A stretch of DNA of 64,000 nt from an uncultured archaeon (GTDB lineage: Archaea > Micrarchaeota > Micrarchaeia > Anstonellales > Bilamarchaeaceae). The notes beneath the pieces are model-generated. The model saw only the letters and a list, made by a program, of their open reading frames with translations. It was not told where the DNA came from and searched no databases. Both the position numbers and the translations under genes were made by a program. The stretch lies in the NCBI GenBank assembly GCA_963734525.1, contig CAVTHI010000006.1:49740-113739 (forward strand), given 5' to 3'. Of this stretch, positions 21,168 to 29,889 are shown in pieces. Numbering within the stretch: position 1 is the first letter of the stretch; each line of letters opens with the position of its first letter.

Positions 21168-22268
21168 ATGGACGATTACATGAGGCTCGCTATTCGCCTT
21201 GCGAAGAAGGCTGACCCTTATCCGAATCCCCGCGTCGGGGCCGTGCTGGTGAAGGGCGGCAAGGTTATAGGGAGCGGATACCACAGGGCCCCTGGAAAGG
21301 CCCATGCCGAAATCGAGGCGATTGAAGACGCCAAGAGCAAAACCGGAAACCCTCACGCGGCATCCGGCGCAACGTTATATGTGACGCTCGAGCCGTGCTC
21401 GCACGCCGCGAAGCGCACCCCTCCTTGCACGGATGCGATAATCCGGGAGGGGATAGCGGAGGTCGTCTATGCGATGAGGGACCCGAACCCGCTCGTCAGA
21501 GGCGCGGATGCGCTTTCGCGCGCGGGCGTGTTGGTGCGCGGGCCGGCAAACCCGAAGGAAGCCGCAGCCATAAACAGCCGCTACATCGCCCTCATCTCGA
21601 AGAAACCGTTCGTCGCAATCAAGATGGCGATGAGCGCGGACGGGAAGACCGCTACGCGGACGGGCGATTCCAAATGGATAAGCAGCCCGGAGTCAAGGGC
21701 GTTCGTCCACAGGATGAGGGCGGGATTCGACGCAGTGATGGTCGGAGCAAGGACAGTCGGGATAGACGACCCGGAACTGACATCACACGGCAAGGGGCGC
21801 GACCCCATCCGCATAATAATAGACGGGCGCCTGCGCATCAGCCCGGATTCAAAGGTCGCAAGGAGAAATGACGGGAAGACTCTCGTCGTCGTGAGCGAGA
21901 AGGCGGACAGGGCCAGGGCGCTCGCCATACAGAAGTCAGGGGCGCACGTATTCGTCTGCGGAAAGGACGATGTCGACCTGGGCAGGCTCGTGATTGCACT
22001 CAACGCCATGGGCATCAGGAAAATCCTGATTGAAGGCGGAAGCGAACTGAACGCCAGCGCAATCAAAGCCGGAATCGTCGACAGGCTCTACCTGTTCGTC
22101 GCTCCGAAAATCATCGGCGGGCGCGGGGCCAGGGGCGTGGTGGGCGGGGTTGGTGCCGCGTACGTAAAGGACGCGGCCGTGCTGAAGTCGATGAAAGTAA
22201 AAAAAATAGGCCCGGACATCCTGATTGAGGCGGATGTCATCCGGAAGGGCGTCAGCCGGAAGCGCTGA
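21168..22268 (+). CDS. ribD: bifunctional diaminohydroxyphosphoribosylaminopyrimidine deaminase/reductase
   Basis: PNPRVGAV, HAE, TLEPCSH..TPPC, S.DGK, IEGG. Confidence 0.95.
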   Translation: MDDYMRLAIRLAKKADPYPNPRVGAVLVKGGKVIGSGYHRAPGKAHAEIEAIEDAKSKTGNPHAASGATLYVTLEPCSHAAKRTPPCTDAIIREGIAEVVYAMRDPNPLVRGADALSRAGVLVRGPANPKEAAAINSRYIALISKKPFVAIKMAMSADGKTATRTGDSKWISSPESRAFVHRMRAGFDAVMVGARTVGIDDPELTSHGKGRDPIRIIIDGRLRISPDSKVARRNDGKTLVVVSEKADRARALAIQKSGAHVFVCGKDDVDLGRLVIALNAMGIRKILIEGGSELNASAIKAGIVDRLYLFVAPKIIGGRGARGVVGGVGAAYVKDAAVLKSMKVKKIGPDILIEADVIRKGVSRKR

Positions 22269-23412
22269 TGTTCTGGTAGGCCATGCCGGTCAGCAGGTCG
22301 TGCGCGCGGAAGACGAACCACCCGTCGGGCTCGATTGTGCTCGTCTGGTTCAGCCACACCTCGCTGAAATACGGGTAGTATCTCGCGTCCGGGGAATAGA
22401 TGAGCGTCGGAATCCTCGTGATGTTGTATTCCGCAATCAGCGCGCGCCCGTCCGTCGAATCTGCCTCGTACGTCTGCGACTCGGCGACCACGAGCCCGGT
22501 GGACTGCGAGATGTAATCCGAAAGCAGGTTGATGTCGAAGCATTCCGTGCACGAGGAATTCACCAGGTATTTCGCCGAGACCAGCCCGCGGAGCGTCCTG
22601 TTGTCAGCCAGGTCCAGGTAGGGGGGGACGACGTCGCGGAGTATGTACCACCCGTCCTCCACGGTGCCCAGCATCTTTATCTGGCTGTAGACGGGGTATG
22701 CCGATGCGCCGTCTTCGCTCAGGAGAAGGGACGGGATTTTCGTGATGTTGTATCTGGCGATGAGCGCCCTCCCCTCGCTCGAGTTGTCGTCATAAACGCT
22801 CTTCTCCGTGAATACCATGCCGACGGTCGGGCCCTCGAGGGATGACATGAACATCTCCGGGTCGCCGCATTCGGTGCATCCCGTGGCCTTGATTCCGACC
22901 GCCTTCACAAGGCCGACGACCTTCGCCGTGGTGACATTGTAATACGGGGGATAGCCCAGGCGCGTCACGAGCGCGTTCGCGCCTTCCTGCGTCCCCACGT
23001 TCTCCTTCCAGGACGCGACGAAATCCGGGTCGCGCCCGACGTCCCCTTCCACTATGACGACGGGAAGCTCGGTTATGCTGAACCTTGACATCAGCGCCTT
23101 CGCTTCAGGCGTATCCATGCCGATTGTCTTCGAGACGCCAGCCTTGAGGAATCCGGAGTTCAGGAGGACCGTCTTCGTCTGCTCGAGAAGGATGCCCTCA
23201 GCGTTGCATTCATCGCAGCCAGGCGCCTCTATCATCGTGAGGTTCACGGTCCCGGTCTCGAGGACCTGGGGCATCGTGTCGTTCGGAGGGGGCGTATTCT
23301 GGAGCATCTGCGGCGGCACAGGGGACGGGGCCTGCAGGAAAACGAACCATATCCCGAAACCCATAATTACCCCGAGGACTGCCCAGAGGATGGCCTTGAC
23401 ATAGAATTGCAT
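22252..23412 (-). CDS. membrane-anchored protein with three tandem thioredoxin-like CxxC repeats
   Basis: GCDEC, GCTEC, SCTEC, each followed by a ..ALI/M..Y/F.IT..P motif; N-terminal TM helix. Confidence 0.75.
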   Translation of the reverse strand: MQFYVKAILWAVLGVIMGFGIWFVFLQAPSPVPPQMLQNTPPPNDTMPQVLETGTVNLTMIEAPGCDECNAEGILLEQTKTVLLNSGFLKAGVSKTIGMDTPEAKALMSRFSITELPVVIVEGDVGRDPDFVASWKENVGTQEGANALVTRLGYPPYYNVTTAKVVGLVKAVGIKATGCTECGDPEMFMSSLEGPTVGMVFTEKSVYDDNSSEGRALIARYNITKIPSLLLSEDGASAYPVYSQIKMLGTVEDGWYILRDVVPPYLDLADNRTLRGLVSAKYLVNSSCTECFDINLLSDYISQSTGLVVAESQTYEADSTDGRALIAEYNITRIPTLIYSPDARYYPYFSEVWLNQTSTIEPDGWFVFRAHDLLTGMAYQNISASG

Positions 23413-23513
23413 AATATCACTGATTCCTACAAAAACGGGCGCACCGATATTTTTAAAATGATGCCTATCATAAAAGGAAACTACCAAACGCTCATTTTGT
23501 TTCCTGTGATGAT

Positions 23514-24038
23514 ATGACGGACGAGGAGACCCTGAAGACCAAGATTGAAGAGCTCGAGAAGAAGAAGACCGAGCTCATCGAGCGCATAAAGCAGCTCAAC
23601 CGCCGCATTAGGTACAAGAAGTACGAGCAGAAGGCCCTTGAGCCGTTCCTGGAGCAGACGAAAGACGTCCAGATCGCCCCGTACAGGAAGCAGAAGCGCG
23701 CTCTCGAGTTCAAAATCGCCACGGCCGCTTACACTCCGAAGATGGAGAAGGAGCTTATCAAGCACCTTAAGAAGATAGACGAGCAGCTCGACAAGGTGAA
23801 GGAGGTCGAGCGCGCGAGAAGGAAAATCAAGTACGTGGAGCAGGACATACTCGACGGGGAGACCGAAATCGGCAAGATAGAGGTCGAGCTCAAGGTCATC
23901 CGCGACGAGCTCCGCAAGCTCTACGACGACATGAAAGGCTTCCGCATAACCGCGAGGAAGCAGGCAGCCGCGCTGCAGAGGGCCGACGAGGACCTCGTCG
24001 CGCTCGGCGACCTTGCAATCCTCGAGAAGGAAGAGTAG
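23514..24038 (+). CDS. coiled-coil hypothetical protein
   Basis: K/E-rich heptad pattern; strong coding bias. Confidence 0.75.
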   Translation: MTDEETLKTKIEELEKKKTELIERIKQLNRRIRYKKYEQKALEPFLEQTKDVQIAPYRKQKRALEFKIATAAYTPKMEKELIKHLKKIDEQLDKVKEVERARRKIKYVEQDILDGETEIGKIEVELKVIRDELRKLYDDMKGFRITARKQAAALQRADEDLVALGDLAILEKEE

Positions 24039-24073
24039 GGCCGTCCAGCATCTTTTTTCATTCTATTTCTATC

Positions 24074-24469
24074 CTATTTCAGATTGTTCAGCTGTGCGAG
24101 CGCATCGGCGACGATTCTTCCGTGGTCGGTGCATAGCGGCGGCAGCTTCCCCAAATCGAACCATTCCGCCTCATCCGCATCGTCGCCGCCTTTCACGGAG
24201 CCGCCCACCCTCCGCACAAGATAGGCCGCGGCAATGATGCCCCTGGGGTCGCGCTTCGGGTCTGAATAGATGCCGGTTAGCCCCAGGATTTCTACGTCGA
24301 GGCCGGTCTCCTCCTTCATCTCGCGCTTCGCGCACTCCTCTGCGGTCTCGCCTTCCTCTATCCGGCCGCCCGGAGTGGCCCACTGCCCCTTGAACGGCTC
24401 GCGGCCGCGCAGGACCAGAAGGATTTTCCCATTTTCAACAAGAACCATGTCGCAGGCGAAAGGCCTCAT
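24074..24469 (-). CDS. NUDIX hydrolase (ADP-ribose pyrophosphatase-like)
   Basis: PGGRIEEGETAEECAKREMKEETGL Nudix box; RDPRG. Confidence 0.92.
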   Translation of the reverse strand: MRPFACDMVLVENGKILLVLRGREPFKGQWATPGGRIEEGETAEECAKREMKEETGLDVEILGLTGIYSDPKRDPRGIIAAAYLVRRVGGSVKGGDDADEAEWFDLGKLPPLCTDHGRIVADALAQLNNLK

Positions 24470-24571
24470 ATTCAACACCTAGTCGGTCTGCCCACGCGGC
24501 CTTGGTTGATTGATGTCCGCGTGAACTTAGAATACACATGAGAAGCCACGGTTGGCTTTAGAATGAGAAGA

Positions 24572-24823
24572 CTAACGCAAAACCTTAACGTCCCAGATGA
24601 ACTTGCTCCTTGTCGGGACGGCGTCGACCTTCACGCTGATGCCGTAGTTGTTGTTCTTGATGAGGGTGTTCAGGTCGGCGAGCATCTTGTCGTCGATGGG
24701 GTCGGTGTTGACCCAGGAGCAGGACTTGCGGGTGACTATGCAGTCTGCGATGACGAGGGCATCGTGCTCGGTGATGCCGATGCCCATGAGCTCGGCGATA
24801 ATCGCTTCTGACCTGTCTGCCAT
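24572..24823 (-). CDS. small hypothetical protein (83 aa)
   Basis: MADRSEAIIAELMG...; TTTAAA promoter-like element upstream; coding bias. Confidence 0.65.
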   Translation of the reverse strand: MADRSEAIIAELMGIGITEHDALVIADCIVTRKSCSWVNTDPIDDKMLADLNTLIKNNNYGISVKVDAVPTRSKFIWDVKVLR

Positions 24824-24869
24824 ACATTGCATTTGCGAAATAAGGTTTAAAACAGAGCGTACGTCCGGG

Positions 24870-25313
24870 CTAGAACATCTGGCTCTGGCCGGCTGAAGGC
24901 GCGACTTCGCGGATGAGCCTGAGGACCGGTTCCCACGATGGGTCGGTGATTGTTTTCGGAATCGCCATGCCGTCGAAAAGGACGCCGGCTGCAAGGCCGA
25001 TCATCTTCTTCGCACGCGCTTCGTTCGGGGCGGCGCTGCGGAGCGATACGACCGCATCGAGCATGATTGCCGCGTCCTCCTTTGAAAGCGTCAGCATGTC
25101 GCGCTGTCCTTTGCCGTATTTGCATGTGACGGCCATGAAGGGGTCCTCCCTCCGGGCGATTTCATCTGCGGTCGGGCGCTTGTCCGATGAGAGCAGCCGC
25201 AACCCGTCTTCGAGCACCTTCGTCGTCTGCCCGCTTTTAGCCCAGGCTTTCGCAACATAGCCCATGTCGGCCTTCTGCCTCGCCGTCAGGTTGTTCAGCT
25301 TGTAGCATGCCAT
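24870..25313 (-). CDS. hypothetical protein (147 aa)
   Basis: ATG ORF with a TTTATAA promoter-like element upstream. Confidence 0.55.
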   Translation of the reverse strand: MACYKLNNLTARQKADMGYVAKAWAKSGQTTKVLEDGLRLLSSDKRPTADEIARREDPFMAVTCKYGKGQRDMLTLSKEDAAIMLDAVVSLRSAAPNEARAKKMIGLAAGVLFDGMAIPKTITDPSWEPVLRLIREVAPSAGQSQMF

Positions 25314-25457
25314 GACGATGATATGCCCTGTAGGTTATAAAAAGCTTCATAATGTGGTCGGAAAGCATGGCTTTGGCTGTTTTTTGCAGTTCTTCGAGAG
25401 GCTTTTCGGGGTGTTTTGATATAAAAATTATATTTCCCAAATGCCTGCGGTGGTATG

Positions 25458-25585
25458 CCTGAGGTTTCACAAAGGACGGAGTCAAACCGGACAGGATGGC
25501 CGGGCCTACCTAGGCTTCTCTAGCGTGGCCCAGGCTTTGCCCCACCTGAGGTCTCACAAAAGACGGAGTCAAACCGGACAGGATG
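25458..25585 (+). repeat. two 41-bp direct repeats (25458-25498, 25545-25585) flanking a GC-rich hairpin; probable structured ncRNA
   Basis: CCTGAGGT(T/C)TCACAAA(G/A)GACGGAGTCAAACCGGACAGGATG, 2 differences. Confidence 0.85.
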
Positions 25586-25623
25586 TTTAGTGAAGTTTTG
25601 ACAGGGGTTGATAAGGAGAAAAA

Positions 25624-25722
25624 GTTCGGTCAGACGCTGTTGACATCATCATATGAACACGGACGGCGTAGGAAGCCGTTTGGCCCGGTCCTCAGAGGTT
25701 GTTCACGTCATCATTCCGGAAC
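25624..25722 (-). ncRNA. box C/D 2'-O-methylation guide sRNA
   Basis: Minus strand: gttccgg-a-ATGATGA-cgtgaacaacct-CTGA-(39-nt hairpin)-ATGATGA-tgtcaacagcgt-CTGA-ccgaac-TTTTT; terminal stem; TTTAAA ~20-25 nt upstream. Confidence 0.85.
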
Positions 25723-25743
25723 ATATTGTGATTGAAGGCGGAT

Positions 25744-26346
25744 TTAAACCTGCGGTTTCTCGGCTTTCAGCAGGAATATGCTCTCAAAGAAGAAGTTTTC
25801 GCTGTCCATCATCCTGACCTTGTAGCCCATCCCCTCCAGGCGGGACTGCGTCTTTTCCACTCCGTTCAGGCTGCTTTGGATGAGGAGCAGGATGCCGCCG
25901 GGCTTCAGGTACGGGTCGAATTCACCGAGGAAGCGGTCGAGCACCTTGCGGCCGTCGGCCCCGCCGTCGAACGCGTGGTTCAGCGGCCCTTTAACGGTTT
26001 CATCGTCCGCCGTGGGAAGGTACGGGGGATTGAACAGGATTGCGTCGAAGCGCTGGACTCCGACTTTCGAGAAAAGGTCGCTTTCCGTGAACAGCGCGTT
26101 CGGGATGCGGTTCCGGTCCGCGTTCTGCTTGGCGGCCCTGACCGCGGACGGGTTGATGTCCACCCCGAGCACGAGGGTGTCCGGGTGGGCTTTTGCGCAT
26201 GACAATGAGGCCAGCCCGCTCCCGCACCCTATTTCAAGGACGTTGCCCCGCAGGAATGCCGCGGCGTCGGCGAGAAGGAACGAGTCGTCGGACGGCGGGT
26301 AGACGTCATCCGGCACTTCAAGGGAAAAGCCCTTGTAGGATTCCAT
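25744..26346 (-). CDS. HemK2/Mtq2-type protein glutamine N5-methyltransferase
   Basis: VYPPSDDSFLL, VLEIGCGSG, FNPPY, DGGADGR..LDRF. Confidence 0.9.
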   Translation of the reverse strand: MESYKGFSLEVPDDVYPPSDDSFLLADAAAFLRGNVLEIGCGSGLASLSCAKAHPDTLVLGVDINPSAVRAAKQNADRNRIPNALFTESDLFSKVGVQRFDAILFNPPYLPTADDETVKGPLNHAFDGGADGRKVLDRFLGEFDPYLKPGGILLLIQSSLNGVEKTQSRLEGMGYKVRMMDSENFFFESIFLLKAEKPQV

Positions 26347-26350
26347 GCAA

Positions 26351-26376
26351 TTTTATATGTTGGCCGCCATATAAAA
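26351..26376. promoter_or_regulatory. divergent promoter: perfect inverted repeat TTTTATATG-N8-CATATAAAA between hemK and ribK
   Basis: Back-to-back TATA-like boxes in a 36-bp intergenic gap. Confidence 0.55.
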
Positions 26377-26382
26377 AATCAT

Positions 26383-27009
26383 ATGGACGAGATGCTGATT
26401 CTGCTCCTGCGGAAGGGGGCGCATGCGAAACCCTGCAGGCTCACGACGGCGGAGATTGGCGCCCTTGCAGGCATGTCCCAGCAGAACGCATCCAGGAGAA
26501 TCAGTGCGCTTGCCGGAGCGGGCATGCTCGTGCGCAATAAGGACGGCATCATGCTCACCGCAAAGGGGCATCAGGAGCTTGCAGGCCTCTACTCATCCCT
26601 GAAAGCCGTTTTCGAGGGAGGGAAGCTGGAGCTCAGCGGCATCATCGTCCGCGGCCTAGGGGAAGGCAGCTTCTACATGTCCCTCGGGGGGTACAGGAAG
26701 CAGATACGCGAGCGCCTCGGCTTCGACCCGTTTCCCGGAACGCTCAACATCAGGCTCGATGAAGACGAGCGGTGGAAGAGGCAGAGCCTGATTGAGAACG
26801 AGCCTATCATCATCAGCGGGTTCAAGGACAGGGACAGGACATACGGCGAGCTCTATGCATACAGGTGCAGGGTGGAGGGCAGGGATGGCGCGATAATCGT
26901 CCCGCTCCGCACGCATCATGGGCAGGAGATACTTGAGATGATATTCCCATTCGACGCGAAGGCCGAGTTCGGGAAGAAGGACGGCGCCCGGGTGAGGGTG
27001 AAGGCATGA
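26383..27009 (+). CDS. ribK: CTP-dependent riboflavin kinase with N-terminal wHTH (RbkR-type)
   Basis: HTH T.AEIG...MSQQNASR; G.IVRGLGEG.FY, LGFDPFPGTLN, P.RTHH. Confidence 0.92.
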   Translation: MDEMLILLLRKGAHAKPCRLTTAEIGALAGMSQQNASRRISALAGAGMLVRNKDGIMLTAKGHQELAGLYSSLKAVFEGGKLELSGIIVRGLGEGSFYMSLGGYRKQIRERLGFDPFPGTLNIRLDEDERWKRQSLIENEPIIISGFKDRDRTYGELYAYRCRVEGRDGAIIVPLRTHHGQEILEMIFPFDAKAEFGKKDGARVRVKA

Positions 27010-28364
27010 TTTCGCTCGAAGGCGTCGTGAGCAGGATACGCTACTACCGGGGCAAGCGGGACTACGTCCTCACCGACGGGAAGGGCGAATACGCCTTTTT
27101 CACGGACGCCGTGCTGGGGATGGGTTCCTGCGTGGCGCTCGAAGGCGAGATGGCCGTAGGCGGCCTGAGGGCTGAAAAGGCGGAGGCGCTTGCCGGGGAG
27201 AAGGAACTGCGTGTCCTCGAAAAGGTCCGATCGAACATCCGCGAGGGCGCAACCATCCCGCAGGAGCCGGCGCTCGTCAAGGACGAGGCTATGAGGAAGA
27301 TGTGGCCCGCGCTCGGCAGCGCCGCGCTCGAGCTCATCATCGCAAAAAAGCTTGGGCGCTCGGTCATGCTCAGGTTCCACGGGGACGCGGACGGCATCTG
27401 CGGCGCTTTCGCAATCACGTCCGTCCTGCCGTGCAAGGCATTCCAGCAGAACTCGGCCATTTACACCGTCAAGGACGCGCTGAGGGACATCCAGGCAATC
27501 GGGCAGGAGAGCAGGCCGCTGATTGTGCTGCTGGATTTCGGCTCGGCGGACGGCTGCGCGGAGGGGCTGGAGCTATTGAGAGCAGGCGGAATAGACTGCA
27601 TAATCATCGACCACCACCCGTTCTCAAGGAAGGACGACGCCCGCATCGTGAACCCTTTCTCGGTTTCGGACAACGCCTCGAAATACACGGCGGGCTATCT
27701 CGCCTGCGAGGTTGCGGCAGTCTGCGGGCTGGATTTGGCGAAGGCGGAGGAGCTGGCGAAGGTCGCATGCTCCGGCGACAAGAGCGACATAATCCCCAAC
27801 GGCCCGGAAGACGCCAAGAAGGCGATGGTCCTCGATTTCCTCGCCTCGCACGTCTCGTTCGGCAACAACCTCGACTTCTACAAGAAGGTGATGGAGAAGG
27901 ACGAGCTGTTCTCGTCAATCGCCCAGCAGGCCGACGACTCCATCCGCGATGCCGCGGCCAAGGCGATGTCGAAGATGAAAACAAGCGAGGCCGGTCCGCT
28001 CACCATAATCACGTTCCCGCTCGAAGGCATCGTGGTCAAGGGCGAATGGCCGCCATCGAGCAAGATAACGACGCGCGTCTACGACATTATGAGGGCGGAT
28101 TCCCCAGACAAGCCAATCCTCTGCATCGGCTACACCGAGCGCTCGATAATCCTCCGGCTCACCGAAAGCGCGGCTTCGCTCGGACTCAGCGCCAACGACT
28201 TGGCAGAGCGCGTGAAGAAGAGCATGGCCGACTTCGTGGACGGCGGGGGCGGGCATGTGAAGGCGGGCGCGGTCCGCGCGAAGGATGGCTTCGTGAAGGA
28301 GGTCGTGAACGAGATAATCCGGGAGGCCTCTGCGGCGGCTTCAGCTGGCGGGAGAAAGGATTAA
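27006..28364 (+). CDS. DHH-family phosphoesterase / RecJ-like nuclease with N-terminal OB fold
   Basis: FHGDADG, LLDFG, IIDHH, GGGGH. Confidence 0.85.
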   Translation: MISLEGVVSRIRYYRGKRDYVLTDGKGEYAFFTDAVLGMGSCVALEGEMAVGGLRAEKAEALAGEKELRVLEKVRSNIREGATIPQEPALVKDEAMRKMWPALGSAALELIIAKKLGRSVMLRFHGDADGICGAFAITSVLPCKAFQQNSAIYTVKDALRDIQAIGQESRPLIVLLDFGSADGCAEGLELLRAGGIDCIIIDHHPFSRKDDARIVNPFSVSDNASKYTAGYLACEVAAVCGLDLAKAEELAKVACSGDKSDIIPNGPEDAKKAMVLDFLASHVSFGNNLDFYKKVMEKDELFSSIAQQADDSIRDAAAKAMSKMKTSEAGPLTIITFPLEGIVVKGEWPPSSKITTRVYDIMRADSPDKPILCIGYTERSIILRLTESAASLGLSANDLAERVKKSMADFVDGGGGHVKAGAVRAKDGFVKEVVNEIIREASAAASAGGRKD

Positions 28365-28409
28365 TAGCACATCCTTCCGTATATGCTTCATCTACTTGTA
28401 GGTGGGAGA

Positions 28410-29420
28410 ATGAAGATAGCGGTCAGCGGTTTCGGCAGGATTGGGAAGTCGTTCTTGAGGGCTGCGATAAAGCAGGGCGCGCTCGGAAAGGACTTCGAAG
28501 TCGTCGCGATAAACACGCGGAGCCCTGTCGAATTGCACGCCCACCTCTTCAAATACGATTCCGTCTATGGCCGCTTCGACGGCAAGGCCGAGGCCAAGGA
28601 CGGCAACCTCATAATCAACGGGTATCCCATCAAATGGATAACCGAGACCGACCCGCTGAAGCTCCCGTGGAAGGAGCTCGGCGTGGACCTCGTGCTCGAA
28701 AGCACCGGCGTGTTCCGCTCGAAAGCGGATGCCGAGAAGCACATCAAGGCGGGCGCGAGGATGGTCATCATCTCCGCCCCCGCGAAAGACGCGAAGGAGG
28801 TCGACGCGACGGTTGTCCCGGGCGTCAACGACCACATCGTGAACAAGGGGATGAGCATCTTCTCGCTCGCTTCCTGCACGACGAACTGCCTCGCCCCGGT
28901 CCTGAAAGTCATGGACGAGAAGTTCGGGATAGAGAACGGATTCCTGAGCACCGTGCACGCCTACACGAACGACCAGAACCTGGTGGACGGCAGCCACAGC
29001 GACCTGCGGAGGGCGCGCGCTGGCGCGATGAACATCATCCCGACGAGCACCGGGGCGGCAAAGGCCATAGGAGAGGTGCTTCCGGGCCTTGCGGGGAGGC
29101 TGGACGGAGTTGCGTTCCGCGTGCCTGTTGCCTGCGGCTCGATGAACGACATGACGCTATTGCTGAAAAGGGATGCGACGAAGGACGAAATCAATTCAGA
29201 GCTCAGGCGCGCATCCGGCGAAGAGCTCAAGGGCATCCTGGGATACACCGAGGACGAAATCGTCTCGCAGGACATCGTGGGCCTGCCGCTTTCGGCGCTC
29301 ATCGACGCGAAGCTGACCAAGTCCAAGGGGCGCCTCGTGAAGGTCTCGGCCTGGTATGACAACGAATTCGGCTATTCGAACAGGCTTGTGGACTTTGCCA
29401 GGAAGCTCGGCAAGGCCTAG
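28410..29420 (+). CDS. gap: class I (bacterial-type) glyceraldehyde-3-phosphate dehydrogenase
   Basis: GFGRIG, ASCTTNCLAP, NIIPTSTGAAKA, WYDNEFGYS. Confidence 0.96.
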   Translation: MKIAVSGFGRIGKSFLRAAIKQGALGKDFEVVAINTRSPVELHAHLFKYDSVYGRFDGKAEAKDGNLIINGYPIKWITETDPLKLPWKELGVDLVLESTGVFRSKADAEKHIKAGARMVIISAPAKDAKEVDATVVPGVNDHIVNKGMSIFSLASCTTNCLAPVLKVMDEKFGIENGFLSTVHAYTNDQNLVDGSHSDLRRARAGAMNIIPTSTGAAKAIGEVLPGLAGRLDGVAFRVPVACGSMNDMTLLLKRDATKDEINSELRRASGEELKGILGYTEDEIVSQDIVGLPLSALIDAKLTKSKGRLVKVSAWYDNEFGYSNRLVDFARKLGKA

Positions 29421-29479
29421 GCGTAAACATCGCCGGAACTAAGAAAGATATATAAAGATGTTTCAGCCTATTTTTTACG

Positions 29480-29734
29480 ATGGCAACTGGTCTTGAAGTC
29501 GCGGCATCGAACATAGCCTCATTGCTTTCGGCCCTCGCCCCGACAATAGCGATTATCCTCGTGACCGCGGGCGGCATCACATACGGCCTCGCCCAGACGC
29601 AGCCCGGCGAGACGCGCGGCAAATGGCAGACCATAGGCATCGGCATGGTCGTCGGCGGCATCATCGTGATGGCGATAACCGGCGCGGCGAGCTTCATCAC
29701 CGAGCAGTCCTCGAACCTGCTGAAGCCGGTATGA
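29480..29734 (+). CDS. TrbC/VirB2-like two-TM pilin
   Basis: 84 aa; two hydrophobic helices separated by a short basic loop (GETRGKW); own TATATAAA promoter. Confidence 0.6.
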   Translation: MATGLEVAASNIASLLSALAPTIAIILVTAGGITYGLAQTQPGETRGKWQTIGIGMVVGGIIVMAITGAASFITEQSSNLLKPV

Positions 29735-29889
29735 TTCGGGCGTGCCTGGACTCGATTTTGTCTAATCCCCCAGCTTCAGCCATCCCTTATTCTGAATAGA
29801 GAACCGCGGAAATGAGGTGTCGGGCGAGGTTTATATACAACCAATCCCATAATCCCATTAGTATATACGTATAATTGTAGTATATACTC

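Noticed and set aside
25458-25585. CRISPR mini-array, hammerhead ribozyme or tRNA fragment
   Set aside because: Only two units, a spacer that is itself a hairpin, and no cas genes. The CUGANGA/GAAA hammerhead core is absent. The minus-strand GGTTTGACTCC resembles a T-loop but no cloverleaf forms.
27302-29359. Long alternative-frame and antisense ORFs (685 aa here; also 47948-49618, 31517-33022, 7483-8808 and the upstream part of 50249-52099)
   Set aside because: Shadow ORFs caused by high GC3; they overlap clearly identified genes and have Arg/Gly/Pro-rich, motif-free translations.
28410-29420. Bacterial-type GAPDH in an archaeon as a novelty
   Set aside because: Class I GAPDH is already known from some archaea, so it is not novel in itself.
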